64,000 bases of DNA from Thermoleophilia bacterium (GCA_040772905.1 JAXGXJ010000015.1:465-64464), one strand, 5' to 3'; numbered from the stretch's first letter, positions 29,831 to 44,437 are shown. A program made the numbers and translations. The notes: generated by a model not told the origin, from the sequence alone.

Positions 29831-30831
29831 CCGTGGACGGCGCGACCATCCTCATCGGTCTGAGCGGCGTGCTGGCCACCGCCGCGCCCATCGTCGTCGC
29901 TTCGGTGGGCGAGACCTTCACCGAGCGGGCGGGGCTCATCAACCTCTCGGTGAACGGTTCCATCCTCCTTTCAGCCATGGGGAGTTTCGTGGTGGCGGTC
30001 ACCACGGGCAGCTTGTTCCTGGGCTTTCTCGCCGGGGCGGTCATCGGGGCGGTGGTGGCCCTCGTGGTGGCGTTCGGCAGCATCACGCTGCGCCAGTCGC
30101 AAGTGGCGATCGGGTTCGTCCTGGCCCTCTTCTGCCGTGACCTGTCGTACTTCTTGGGCAACCCCTTCATGGGCGAGATGGGCCCGCGCCTGACAGTCTG
30201 GGCCATACCCGGGCTGAAGGAGATCCCCATCCTCGGCACCCTCTTCTTCAAGCACGACGTGATGACCTATGTGAGCTTCGTGCTCATAGCCGTGAGCTGG
30301 TGGTGGATCTACCGCACCCGGCCGGGGCTGACGCTCCGGGCGGTGGGCGATCGCCCGGCCGCCGCCTTCGCGCGCGGCGCGAGGGTGAACCTCATCCGCT
30401 ACAGCTACACGGTGCTGGGCGGCGCGCTGGTGGGACTCGCCGGCCCCATGTTCTCGCTCAGCGTCAAGGCCGGGTGGAAGGGCACCATCTCCGGTCTGGA
30501 TGGGCTGGGATGGATCGTGCTGGCCATCGTCATCTTCGGCGCGTGGAACCCGGTGCGGGTCGCCCTGGGAGCCTACCTCTTCGGCCTTCTGCAGTGGCTG
30601 AGCGTCGTCTTGCAGCCCAGCCTGCAGGGTATCCCCTCTCAGGTCTTGCAGGTGGCGCCGTTCCCGCTCATGATCCTCACCCTCCTCTTGGTGAACATCG
30701 GCAACGCGGAGTGGGTGGAGCGTGTTCTGGCAGCCCTGCCCGAGCCGACTCGGCGCGTGGTGGCCCGCATCCTACGTTCCATGCGGGTGATCTCTCCCGG
30801 AAGTCTAGGAGTGCCGTTCGAGCGAGACTGA
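29827..30831 (+). CDS. ABC transporter permease (BMP-system, YufQ/NupC-like)
   Basis: The GTG start overlaps the previous stop (GTGA). It is a multi-TM protein. Confidence 0.8.
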   Translation: MTVDGATILIGLSGVLATAAPIVVASVGETFTERAGLINLSVNGSILLSAMGSFVVAVTTGSLFLGFLAGAVIGAVVALVVAFGSITLRQSQVAIGFVLALFCRDLSYFLGNPFMGEMGPRLTVWAIPGLKEIPILGTLFFKHDVMTYVSFVLIAVSWWWIYRTRPGLTLRAVGDRPAAAFARGARVNLIRYSYTVLGGALVGLAGPMFSLSVKAGWKGTISGLDGLGWIVLAIVIFGAWNPVRVALGAYLFGLLQWLSVVLQPSLQGIPSQVLQVAPFPLMILTLLLVNIGNAEWVERVLAALPEPTRRVVARILRSMRVISPGSLGVPFERD

Positions 30832-31067
30832 GAGAGGGAAGCGGGTGAGTTCTTGTCCTTTTGTCTAAGGAAAGGACCTCTAGATGGGCCGTTTGGATAG
30901 CTCTCTCCATCTGCACTACTGGTACCCTGACCTCACCGGCGGCTCACCGAGTGCGGTGTGCAGGTGAGTCGTGTCACGCCGGCGCGGCCTTCGGGCCCGC
31001 GGGCAGGCATCCGGCCTCCACTCAACGCGATCAGGACGGCAGCGCCGCACAGGCAAGGGCAGAGACT

Positions 31068-35633
<4,566 letters not shown>

Positions 35634-35637
35634 AGCC

Positions 35638-37083
35638 ATGTCGAGAGAACGAGCCTTCCTGGACCTAGAGCGTCGCGACGTCGCCTACCGGCCGGCCGCC
35701 GAGCGAGTGAAGGATTACGCGCCCGTCAACATCCCGCTGACGGCCGCCGAGATCAACGCCCAAGCCGCCCGCTGCATGGACTGCGGCACCCCGTTCTGCC
35801 ACGCCGCGCCCAGCGGATGTCCGCTGGGCAACATCATCCCCGAGTTCAACGCCCACGTGTACGCCGGGTTCTGGAAGGAAGCGCTCGATGTGCTCCTTCA
35901 GACCAATTGCTTCCCCGAATTCACAGGCCGCGTATGCCCGGCCCCCTGCGAGGGCGCGTGCGTGCTGGGGCTCATCCGCCCTCCGGTGAACATCTGCAAG
36001 ATAGAACTTGCCGTCATCGAACAGGGCTTCCAGCGCGGGTTCGTCAAGGCCGAACCCCCCCGAGTGAGGCGCAAGGAGCAGGTGGCGGTGGTGGGTTCGG
36101 GACCCAGCGGTCTGGCTGTGGCCTGGATGCTCAACCGCGCAGGCTTCAATGTGACCGTATACGAGAAGAACGCCCGCTTCGGCGGTCTGCTGCGCTACGG
36201 TATCCCCGACTTCAAACTCGAGAAGTTGGTGATCGAGCACCGCCTGCAGTTGATGCGGCAGGAGGGCGTCACGTTCGAATGCTGCGTCGACGTGGGCCGA
36301 GATGTCTCCTACCGGTATCTGCGCGACCGTTTCGACGCCATCGTGCTCGCGACCGGGGCAGGCGTCCCTCGCGACCTGCGCGTGCCCGGCCGGGAGTTGG
36401 ACGGCATCCATTTCGCCATGGACTTCTTGACCCAGCAGAACAGGATCGTGGGGGGCGAGCCTCTGCCCGACGGCCCCCTGCTCTCGGCCAAAGACAAGAG
36501 CGTGGTCGTAGTCGGCGGCGGCGACACCGGTTCTGACTGCATCGGCACCGCGTGGCGGCACGGGGCGCGGCAGGTGGTGCAGTTGGAGATCCTGCCCGAG
36601 CCGCCGGCGACGCGGGCGGAGTCCACTCCCTGGCCGCAGTGGCCGCTCATGCGTCGCGATTCCAGCAGTCATCACGAAGGAGACACGGTGCGGCGTTGGA
36701 GTGTCGACACCACCGCGCTCACCGGCGACGCCGGTCGTGTGACACACATCCACTGCGTGGAGGTGGAGTGGGTGCCGGATGAGACGCAGGGCAGGCTGTA
36801 TCCGCGGCCCATCCCCGGGTCGGATTCCACCTTCGAAGCCGACATGGTCCTGTTGGCCATGGGTTTCGTAGGCCCCGGCTTCAGTGCCCTCATCGACGAT
36901 CCCGGCATCGAGAAGGACGCGCGTGGCTTCATCGCCCGTGATCAAGACCACATGACCAGCGTCCCGGGTGTCTTCGTGACCGGCGACATGCAGCGCGGGC
37001 CCTCCTTAGTGGTGCACGCCATCAACGACGGCATGCGCACCGCGGAGAAAGTCAGGACGTACCTCGACTCGAGGGGGGCTTAA
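35638..37083 (+). CDS. gltD: Glutamate synthase small subunit (NADPH)
   Basis: 481 aa with Fe-S Cys clusters (CMDCGTPFC; CPAPCEGAC) and FAD/NAD Rossmann motifs (VAVVGSGPSGLA; VVVVGGGDTGSDC). Confidence 0.9.
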   Translation: MSRERAFLDLERRDVAYRPAAERVKDYAPVNIPLTAAEINAQAARCMDCGTPFCHAAPSGCPLGNIIPEFNAHVYAGFWKEALDVLLQTNCFPEFTGRVCPAPCEGACVLGLIRPPVNICKIELAVIEQGFQRGFVKAEPPRVRRKEQVAVVGSGPSGLAVAWMLNRAGFNVTVYEKNARFGGLLRYGIPDFKLEKLVIEHRLQLMRQEGVTFECCVDVGRDVSYRYLRDRFDAIVLATGAGVPRDLRVPGRELDGIHFAMDFLTQQNRIVGGEPLPDGPLLSAKDKSVVVVGGGDTGSDCIGTAWRHGARQVVQLEILPEPPATRAESTPWPQWPLMRRDSSSHHEGDTVRRWSVDTTALTGDAGRVTHIHCVEVEWVPDETQGRLYPRPIPGSDSTFEADMVLLAMGFVGPGFSALIDDPGIEKDARGFIARDQDHMTSVPGVFVTGDMQRGPSLVVHAINDGMRTAEKVRTYLDSRGA

Positions 37084-37086
37084 GAG

Positions 37087-39669
37087 ATGGCCGATCCCAC
37101 CATGACCACCGGACTACCCGGACTGGACCGAGTGCTGAAAGGCCTGCTGCCCGGCGACAACGTGGTGTGGCAGATAGACACGGTGGAGGAATACCAGGCT
37201 CTGGTCACACCGTATGCGCGCGCAGCGGTCGCGAACGGAAAGAAGCTGGTCTACTTCCGCTTCGCACGCCACGAGCCGCTGCTCACTCCGGAAGACGGAG
37301 CCGAGATCCACGAACTCGACCCCGAAGAGGGTTTCGAGAACTTCATCGCACGCATCCACGGTGTGATCGAGCGATCGGGCATCGGGGCGTTCTACGTGTT
37401 CGACTGCCTCTCGCGGCTGGCCATCGACTGGTACTCCGATCAGATGCTGGCCAATTTCTTCATGCTCACCTGTCCCTACCTGTTCGATCTGGAGACGGTG
37501 GCCTACTTCGGCGTCTACCGCAACTACCACACCACGTTCGCGCTGGGCCCCATCCAGGAGACCACCCAGCTCTTCCTTGACACCTACAAGCACAACGACG
37601 AGTTGTACGTCCGGCCCGTGAAAGTGCAGCAGCGCTACTCCCCCACCATGAACATGCTGCATGTGTGGAGAGGCGACGACTTCAAGACCGTCAGCGACAG
37701 CGCCATCATCACCCAGATCCTCTCCTCGGGGCGCTGGTCGGGGCTGGCGCGGGACAGCAGCGCCGGCTTCTGGGAATCGGCCTTCATCAAGGCGCGCGAA
37801 CTCCTGGAGTCCGGCGATTACAGGCCGGACCTGCCGGGCCAGGGCAAGGATGTCTACGACCTCCTGGTGAGCATGATCATCTCGCGCGACACCACCATGC
37901 AGCGTCTCATCGTGCACTACATGACCCTGCAGGACATCCTCAACGTCCGCAAACGCATGATCGGCACGGGCTTGGTGGGCGGCAAGACGGTGGGCATGTT
38001 GCTGGCCCGCTCCATCCTGCGCAGGTCGAGCGACCATCTGGCCGATGTGCTGGAGGAGCACGATTCCTTCTACATCGGCTCCGACGTCTTCTATGACTTC
38101 TTGGTGCGCAGCGGCGTGTGGTGGGTGCGGCAGAAGCAACGCGACCCGGAGAACTTCCTCGACGGCGCCGAGCAGGCCCGCAGGCGCATCCTCACCGGTG
38201 AGTTCTCCCCACACATCCTCCAGAGCCTGGAGGAGATGGTCGACTACTTCGGGCAGTCGCCCTTCATCGTGCGTTCCAGCTCTCTGCTGGAGGACAATTA
38301 CGGCAACTCCTTCGCGGGCAAGTACGAGAGCATCTTCTGCGCCAACCAGGGTCCGCGCGAGCAGCGTCTACAGGACCTGTTGGCCGCCATCCGCACCATC
38401 TACGCCAGCTCCATGAGCGAGAAGGCCCTTCGCTATCGCGCCGACCGGGGCATGTTGGAGCGCGACGAGCAGATGGCCCTGCTGGTCATGCGTGTCTCGG
38501 GGGCCATGTATGACCGCAACTTCTACCCCCAGCTCGCCGGCGTGGGGTTCTCCTTCAACCCCTATGCCTGGGACCGCGCCATCGACCCCAAGGCCGGGGT
38601 GGTGCGCTTGGTGTTCGGACTGGGCACACGGGCGGTCAACCGCTCGGACGACGACTACACGCGGGTGATCGCGCTCAACGCTCCCGAAAAGCGGCCCGAG
38701 ACCAACTTCGACGAGGTTGCGCAGTTCGCCCAGCGCCGCGTCGACCACCTCGATCTGGAGTCGAACCAGCTTGCGTCCAGCCACTTCCTGGACCTCATCA
38801 AGGATGAGCCCGAGATGCCCCTGCACCTGTTCGCTTCCAGCGAACCGTCCCGCGGCTCCACCGGCAGTCGCGCGCAGGTGCTCACCTTCGACCGCCTGCT
38901 GAAGGAGACCCGGTTCGTGGACGACCTGCGTGAGATGCTGCAGGCCTTGGAGACCGCGTATGACTACCCGGTGGACATCGAGTTCGCGGCCAACTTCCTC
39001 GATGACCAGGTGTACAAGATCAACCTGCTGCAGTGCCGCCCACTGCAGGTGCAGGGGAGCACACAGGTTGAGCTGCCCGAGATGGACGTCGCCCCGGAAG
39101 ACACCCTCATCAAAGCGCGCGGCGCAGTGATCGGACAGAGCCGGGTGGCCTCCATAGGGCGCTTCGTATACGTCTCGCCCAGTCTCTACAGCCGCCTGCC
39201 CCTGCAGCAGCGCTATGAGGTCGCGCGCCTCCTTGGTGCCCTGAACCACGCCCCGTGCGACGGCGAAGGCGGCCTGATGATGTTGGGCCCGGGGCGCTGG
39301 GGGACCACCAGCCCTCATCTGGGCCTGCCGGTCACGTTCAGCGACATCAACCACGTGACCATCCTCTGTGAGATCGTGGCCATGCACGAGAACTTGGTGC
39401 CCGATGTGTCACTGGGAACCCACTTCCTCAACGAGATAGTTGAAAGGAACATCCTCTATCTGGCCCTCTTCCCCCAGCAGGGAGAGAACTACCTGAGCCA
39501 GGAGTTCTTCGAGGACTCACCCAACAGGCTGCTGGAGCTCGTGCCTGGAGCGGAGAGCCTGGAGGGCGTCGTGCGGGTCATCGATGTGCCCCGCCTCCCC
39601 GAGGTGAACTCCATACGCCTCACGGCGAACGCGCTGGAACAGAAGGTGCTGTGCTATCTGGAACGATAG
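37087..39669 (+). CDS. PEP/pyruvate-binding (PPDK_N-type ATP-grasp) domain protein with a degenerate KaiC/RecA-like N-terminal domain
   Basis: 860 aa. Residues about 400-700 carry PF01326-like blocks (FIVRSSSLLEDNYGNSFAGKYESIF). The N-terminus TGLPGLDRVLKGLLPGDNVVW resembles the KaiC/RadA entry motif but has no Walker A. It starts 4 bp after the gltD stop. Confidence 0.65.
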   Translation: MADPTMTTGLPGLDRVLKGLLPGDNVVWQIDTVEEYQALVTPYARAAVANGKKLVYFRFARHEPLLTPEDGAEIHELDPEEGFENFIARIHGVIERSGIGAFYVFDCLSRLAIDWYSDQMLANFFMLTCPYLFDLETVAYFGVYRNYHTTFALGPIQETTQLFLDTYKHNDELYVRPVKVQQRYSPTMNMLHVWRGDDFKTVSDSAIITQILSSGRWSGLARDSSAGFWESAFIKARELLESGDYRPDLPGQGKDVYDLLVSMIISRDTTMQRLIVHYMTLQDILNVRKRMIGTGLVGGKTVGMLLARSILRRSSDHLADVLEEHDSFYIGSDVFYDFLVRSGVWWVRQKQRDPENFLDGAEQARRRILTGEFSPHILQSLEEMVDYFGQSPFIVRSSSLLEDNYGNSFAGKYESIFCANQGPREQRLQDLLAAIRTIYASSMSEKALRYRADRGMLERDEQMALLVMRVSGAMYDRNFYPQLAGVGFSFNPYAWDRAIDPKAGVVRLVFGLGTRAVNRSDDDYTRVIALNAPEKRPETNFDEVAQFAQRRVDHLDLESNQLASSHFLDLIKDEPEMPLHLFASSEPSRGSTGSRAQVLTFDRLLKETRFVDDLREMLQALETAYDYPVDIEFAANFLDDQVYKINLLQCRPLQVQGSTQVELPEMDVAPEDTLIKARGAVIGQSRVASIGRFVYVSPSLYSRLPLQQRYEVARLLGALNHAPCDGEGGLMMLGPGRWGTTSPHLGLPVTFSDINHVTILCEIVAMHENLVPDVSLGTHFLNEIVERNILYLALFPQQGENYLSQEFFEDSPNRLLELVPGAESLEGVVRVIDVPRLPEVNSIRLTANALEQKVLCYLER

Positions 39670-39847
39670 AGATAGGGGTGCCGCGCTACAGACTTGGCCA
39701 TTTGTACTACAAGATGGGGGTAAGTATGGCCAGCCGCACAGAGCCCTCGGTAAAGGCCGTTGCTATCATGCCGTCAGATCGAAAAGCTGATATCGCATGA
39801 CGAAGGCAGCGGGGAACTCGGCAGACCACCGGGAAAGGAGCCACAGG

Positions 39848-41179
39848 ATGGCGGAGAAGTTGACCAAAGAAGATGTCCTGCGCATGGTCGAGGACAAGCA
39901 GATCAAGTTCGTGCGTTTCTGGTTCACGGACGTGCTGGGCTCACTGAAGAGCTTCGCCGTCACCCCGGCCGAACTGGAAGGTGCGTTCGATGAGGGCATG
40001 GGCTTCGACGGGTCGTCCATCGAAGGATTCGCCCGCATCGAAGAGTCCGACATGGTGGCCTATCCCGATCCCAGCACGTTCGCCATCCTGCCCTGGCGCG
40101 CCGGTGCCGGCGGTACTGCCCGGATGTTCTGCGACATCAAGACCCCCTCAGGCGAACCCTATGCCGGCGACCCCCGCACGGTTCTGCGCAAAGTGGTGGA
40201 CAAGGCCGCATCCATGGGCTACACCATGAACGTGGGCCCGGAGCTGGAGTTCTTCTACTTCAAGGACAGCTGCGGCACCCAGGTGCTCGACCACGGCGGC
40301 TACTTCGACCTCACCACCCTCGACGCGGGCAGTGACCTGCGCCGCGACACCGTGAACGCGTTGCACGCCCTCGGCATCCCGGTGGAGTACTCCCATCACG
40401 AAGTGGCCCCCTCGCAGCACGAGATCGATCTGCGCTTCACCGACGCCTGCAAGATGGCCGACCAGGTGATGACCTATCGCCTCACCGTCAAGGAGATCGC
40501 CCAGGCCCAGGGCGTCTACGCCACCTTCATGCCCAAGCCCATGTTCGGAGTGAACGGCTCGGGCATGCACGTGCACCAGTCGCTCTTCCAGGGCAGCAAG
40601 AACGCGTTCTTCGATCCAGATGACGAATACAACCTCTCCCCCGTGGGCAAGTCGTATATCGCCGGCCTCCTCAAACACGTGAAGGAGATCTGTCTGGTCA
40701 CCAACCAGTGGATCAACTCCTACAAGCGCTTGGTGCCCGGGTACGAGGCCCCCGTGTACATCTGCTGGTCGCGGCGCAACCGCTCGGCCATGGTGCGCGT
40801 GCCCCTCTACAAGCCGGGTAAAGAGAACGCCACCCGCGTGGAACTCCGCAACCCCGATCCCGCCTGCAACCCCTACCTGGCCTTCGCCGCCATGTTGGCC
40901 GCCGGCCTGAAGGGTATCGAGGAGGGATACGAACTGCCGCCTGAAGCCAGTGACAACATCTACGAGATGACTGAAGCCGAGCGGGCCAAAGCCGGCATCG
41001 ATTCCCTGCCCGAGGACCTCTACCAGGCCATCAGGTGCTTCGACGAGTCGGAGTTCGTGCGCGAGGCGCTGGGCGACCACGTGTGCGACTACCTCATCCG
41101 CAACAAATGGGCCGAGTGGAACGAGTACAAGGCGCTCGTCACTCCTTACGAGGTGGACCGCTACCTGCCCGTCCTTTAA
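39848..41179 (+). CDS. glnA: Glutamine synthetase, type I
   Basis: True start is MAEKLTKEDV (RBS GGAAAGGAG 8 nt upstream). GS catalytic motifs are present (MPKPMFGVNGSGMHVHQS; NPDPACNPY). Confidence 0.9.
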   Translation: MAEKLTKEDVLRMVEDKQIKFVRFWFTDVLGSLKSFAVTPAELEGAFDEGMGFDGSSIEGFARIEESDMVAYPDPSTFAILPWRAGAGGTARMFCDIKTPSGEPYAGDPRTVLRKVVDKAASMGYTMNVGPELEFFYFKDSCGTQVLDHGGYFDLTTLDAGSDLRRDTVNALHALGIPVEYSHHEVAPSQHEIDLRFTDACKMADQVMTYRLTVKEIAQAQGVYATFMPKPMFGVNGSGMHVHQSLFQGSKNAFFDPDDEYNLSPVGKSYIAGLLKHVKEICLVTNQWINSYKRLVPGYEAPVYICWSRRNRSAMVRVPLYKPGKENATRVELRNPDPACNPYLAFAAMLAAGLKGIEEGYELPPEASDNIYEMTEAERAKAGIDSLPEDLYQAIRCFDESEFVREALGDHVCDYLIRNKWAEWNEYKALVTPYEVDRYLPVL

Positions 41180-41199
41180 CACGCGTCCCAATCTGGCTC

Positions 41200-41244
41200 A
41201 GAGCACCCCGGCGGCCCGACGGCCGCCGGGGTGCTCTTGCTTCG
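41200..41244 (+). terminator. Rho-independent terminator of glnA (17-bp perfect stem AGAGCACCCCGGCGGCC/GGCCGCCGGGGTGCTCT, loop CGAC, then TGCTTCG)
   Basis: Read from the sequence 21 nt after the glnA stop. Confidence 0.75.
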
Positions 41245-41319
41245 AGGGCCCGCCGCCGCGCGCGTCCCGCGATGCTGCGGCGCTATACTGAGACACCGTT
41301 CCCGTCGCGAGGAGGCTGC

Positions 41320-41649
41320 ATGGACCACCGCATGACCACTACCTGCCTCACCGTCCCCGGTTACAGGGTGGTCCAGACTCTGGGGGTGGTGCGGGGAGTG
41401 ACCGTACGGGCCCGCTGGATCGGGAGCCAGGTGGCTGCGTCCCTCCGCACCTTGGGAGGCGGGCGCATCCCCGAGTACATCGAACTGTGCGAGCAGACCA
41501 GGGCTGAAGCCTTCGATTGGATGGTCCAGCATGCCGAGCACATGGGCGCGAACGCCGTCTTGGGCGTGAAGTACGATGCCACCGATCTGGGGAACAACAT
41601 GACCGAGGTGCTGGCGTACGGCACCGCTGCCATCATCGAGCCGGAGTGA
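41320..41649 (+). CDS. YbjQ/UPF0145 (DUF74) family protein
   Basis: MDHRMTTTCLTVPGYRVVQTLGVVRGVTVRARWIG...ANAVLGVKYD...VLAYGTAAIIEPE. The rest of ORF 41035..41649 is a spurious extension. Confidence 0.7.
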   Translation: MDHRMTTTCLTVPGYRVVQTLGVVRGVTVRARWIGSQVAASLRTLGGGRIPEYIELCEQTRAEAFDWMVQHAEHMGANAVLGVKYDATDLGNNMTEVLAYGTAAIIEPE

Positions 41650-41679
41650 CCCCGGCACCACCACTGAGAGAGGAGCACC

Positions 41680-42702
41680 ATGAAGAAGATCGACTTCGAG
41701 ACCCATTTCATCACCCAGGAGTGGTACGACACTCTCTCCGCCAACCAGGGGTTCCCTCGTTTCCAGCGTTCTCCCGAGGGTAACCTTCGCCTCTACTATC
41801 ACGCCGACGCCTGTGAGCCTTTTGGAGAAGCCCTCATAGAGAAGCTGCTGGACGTCGGTGACGGCCGTATCGCGCAGATGGACGCCGCGGGTATCGACGT
41901 GGCCATCATGTCACTCACCGCACCGGGCGTGGAACAGTTGGACCCCCTTCTGGGAGCCAGGCTGGCGCGAAAGGCGAACGACGCGCTGGCCGAGGCCTGC
42001 GCCGCCCATCCCGACCGCTTCCAGGGCTATGCCGCCCTCGCGGTCAAAGACACCGAGGGAGCCGTCCAGGAACTCGAGCGTGCCGTAAGAGAGTTGGGCA
42101 TGAAGGGTTGGAAGACCCACAGCAACTACGGCGATTCCTATCTGGACGAGAGGCGCTACTGGCCCATCCTTGAGAAATGTGCGGAGCTGAACGCCCCCAT
42201 CTATCTGCATCCCACCACCCCCAAGATCCCTGAGACTTGGACCTATGGGGTCGCGCTGGCCGGACCTCCGTTCGGCTTCGCCATGGAGACCTCCATGGCC
42301 GCCATGCGCCTGGTGCTAAGCGGAGCCTTCGACGCCTTCCCCAACCTCAAGGTCATCCTGGGGCATCTGGGAGAGGGACTGCCCTTCGCCATGCAGCGCA
42401 TGGACTGGGCCTTCGAGCGTCCTCACGTGAAGGCCGATAAGGGAGCGGTGGTGCCTCTGGCCAAGAAGCCCAGCCAGTACTTCCGCGACAACTTCATGGT
42501 CACCACCAGCGGTAACTACCTACCGGCCGCTTTCAGGTGCACGCAGGACGGGCTGGGCATGGACCACATCATGTTCGGCACCGACTACCCGTACGAGGAC
42601 CTGGGCGAATGCATGCCGTTCTTGCAGAGTCTGGGGCTCTCCCAGGCTGAGGAGGAAGCTCTCTACGAGGGTAACGCGGGGAGCCTGGGCATCACCGCCT
42701 GA
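41680..42702 (+). CDS. Amidohydrolase-2 (PF04909, ACMSD/LigW-type) metal-dependent hydrolase or non-oxidative decarboxylase
   Basis: 340 aa, MKKIDFETHFIT..., with a His/Asp pattern (HxH N-terminus, HLGEGLPF, FGTDYPYE). RBS GAGAGGAG. Confidence 0.75.
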   Translation: MKKIDFETHFITQEWYDTLSANQGFPRFQRSPEGNLRLYYHADACEPFGEALIEKLLDVGDGRIAQMDAAGIDVAIMSLTAPGVEQLDPLLGARLARKANDALAEACAAHPDRFQGYAALAVKDTEGAVQELERAVRELGMKGWKTHSNYGDSYLDERRYWPILEKCAELNAPIYLHPTTPKIPETWTYGVALAGPPFGFAMETSMAAMRLVLSGAFDAFPNLKVILGHLGEGLPFAMQRMDWAFERPHVKADKGAVVPLAKKPSQYFRDNFMVTTSGNYLPAAFRCTQDGLGMDHIMFGTDYPYEDLGECMPFLQSLGLSQAEEEALYEGNAGSLGITA

Positions 42703-42818
42703 GAAGACGGGGCGGTCGTGACGCGCGGGCGTGGCTGCCGCGCGAAGTGAGACATGACACGGGCGCCGGCGCGGCTTGGCCGCGCCGGCGCCCCGTCATC
42801 CAAGTCGGTCTCAGCCTC

Positions 42819-43160
42819 CTAGGCCAGAGCTGCGAATCCGGTCTCCCCGGTGCGTATGCGCAGACACTCCTGCATCTCGAGCACGAAGATCTTGCCGTCG
42901 CCGATATTGCCTGTACGGGCCCCGCGTGTGATGGCATCCACCGTCTCCCATACCCGGCTGTTGCTCACCGCTATCTCGATCTTGATCTTGTGCAGCAGCC
43001 CACCGCGCTCCACGTGGCTCCGGTAGACCTCGGCGATACCTTTTTGCCGGCCTCGCCCCATCACGTCGGAGACGGTCATCAGGTTGATCTCCTCCTCGCT
43101 CAGGGCCTCGATCACGGCATCCAGCCGATCGGGTTGGATGATCGCGATGATGTATTTCAT
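42819..43160 (-). CDS. glnK: Nitrogen regulatory protein P-II
   Basis: True start is MKYIIAIIQP. The T-loop region is RGRQKGIAEVYRSHVERGGLLH. It lies immediately downstream of amt (17-bp gap). Confidence 0.9.
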   Translation of the reverse strand: MKYIIAIIQPDRLDAVIEALSEEEINLMTVSDVMGRGRQKGIAEVYRSHVERGGLLHKIKIEIAVSNSRVWETVDAITRGARTGNIGDGKIFVLEMQECLRIRTGETGFAALA

Positions 43161-43177
43161 GCTCGTCTCCTCCTGCA

Positions 43178-44437
43178 TTAGCCGACGACCGTGTATGCGG
43201 ACTCTCTGTGCTGAGTGAGGTCGAGACCTATGTTCTCCTCATCGGAGGACACACGCAGCCCCACAAGCTTGTCTACGAGTTTCAAGAGACCCCAGGATAA
43301 TACGAACGAGTACACCGCGCAGACCGCAAGTGCGCCGAACTGGATGAGCAACTGCATGGCGTCTCCTCGGAAGAGGCCGTCTGCACCGCCGGGGTTGACC
43401 GCCGTGCTGGCCCACACACCAGTGAGCAGCGCCCCCACCATGCCGCCCACCCCGTGCACGCCGAAGGCGTCGAGAGAGTCGTCGTAGCCCAGCTTGTTCT
43501 TCACCACCACCACGGCCACGTAGCACACCAGACCGGAGAGGGCACCGATAGCCATGGCACCCAATGGGCTGACGAACCCGGCGGCCGGGGTGATGGCCAC
43601 CAGACCGGCCACCGCTCCGGAGATGATGCCCAGAGCGGTCGGCCTTCTGCGCAGCACCCACTCGAGCACGGCCCACGCCACGGCCGCGGCTGCGGCGCCC
43701 AGGTGTGTGGCCACGAACGCCGAGGCGCCCAGTCCGTTCGCTCCCAAGGCGCTACCCGCGTTGAACCCGAACCATCCGAACCACAAGAGCGCCGCGCCAA
43801 GGATGGCGAGAGGGAGATTGTGAGGAGGCGAGCTCTCCGGATAGCCTTTGCGTCTGCCCAGCACCAGGGCGGCGGCCAACGCAGCCATACCGGCATTGAT
43901 GTGCACCACGGTCCCACCGGCGAAATCGAGCGCACCCAATTCGCGCAGCCAGCCGCCCACACCCCACACCCAGTGAGCCATGGGATCGTAGACGATGGTG
44001 ACCCAAAGGAACGAGAAGAGGAGGAAGGCACTGAACTTCATGCGCTCGGCGAAGGCCCCGATGATGAGGGCGGGAGTGATGACGGCGAACATCATCTGGA
44101 ACACCATGAACAGCGAGTGTGGGATGGTGGCGGCATAGTCGGGGTTGGGTTCCTGCCCCACGCCGATGAGCCCCGCCCAGCCGAAGTCGCCTATCACGCC
44201 GCCGTGATCCGACCCGAAGGCGAGGCTGTAGCCGAAGAGCGCCCACTGGATACTGATGACACCCAGCAGCATGAAGCACTGCATCATGATGGAGAGGACG
44301 TTCTTACGCCGCACCAGTCCGCCGTAGAAGAAGGCGAGGCCTGGGGTCATGAGCATCACGAGAGCGGTGCTGATGAGCACCCACCCCGTGTCTCCCGTGT
44401 CTAGCCCTGTCATCGTCACACTCCTCTCGCCCGTCAT
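43178..44437 (-). CDS. amt: Ammonium transporter
   Basis: 419 aa, multi-TM, with Amt/MEP signatures (DFAGGTVVHINAG...; GVHGVGGMVGALLTG). Confidence 0.9.
   Translation of the reverse strand: MTGERSVTMTGLDTGDTGWVLISTALVMLMTPGLAFFYGGLVRRKNVLSIMMQCFMLLGVISIQWALFGYSLAFGSDHGGVIGDFGWAGLIGVGQEPNPDYAATIPHSLFMVFQMMFAVITPALIIGAFAERMKFSAFLLFSFLWVTIVYDPMAHWVWGVGGWLRELGALDFAGGTVVHINAGMAALAAALVLGRRKGYPESSPPHNLPLAILGAALLWFGWFGFNAGSALGANGLGASAFVATHLGAAAAAVAWAVLEWVLRRRPTALGIISGAVAGLVAITPAAGFVSPLGAMAIGALSGLVCYVAVVVVKNKLGYDDSLDAFGVHGVGGMVGALLTGVWASTAVNPGGADGLFRGDAMQLLIQFGALAVCAVYSFVLSWGLLKLVDKLVGLRVSSDEENIGLDLTQHRESAYTVVG

Noticed and set aside
30861-31067. 69-codon N-terminal extension of the gltB ORF (MSKERTSRWAV...)
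   Set aside because: GltB must begin close to the Ntn Cys (…YEKDACGVGF). The in-frame ATG at 31068 gives a normal N-terminus, and the extension has no similarity to GltB.
39670-39847. Possible glutamine riboswitch or GlnR/TnrA box in the glnA leader
   Set aside because: Only a short imperfect hairpin (CGTCAGATCG..CATGACG) was seen. No recognisable consensus was found, so this cannot be supported without a covariance-model search.
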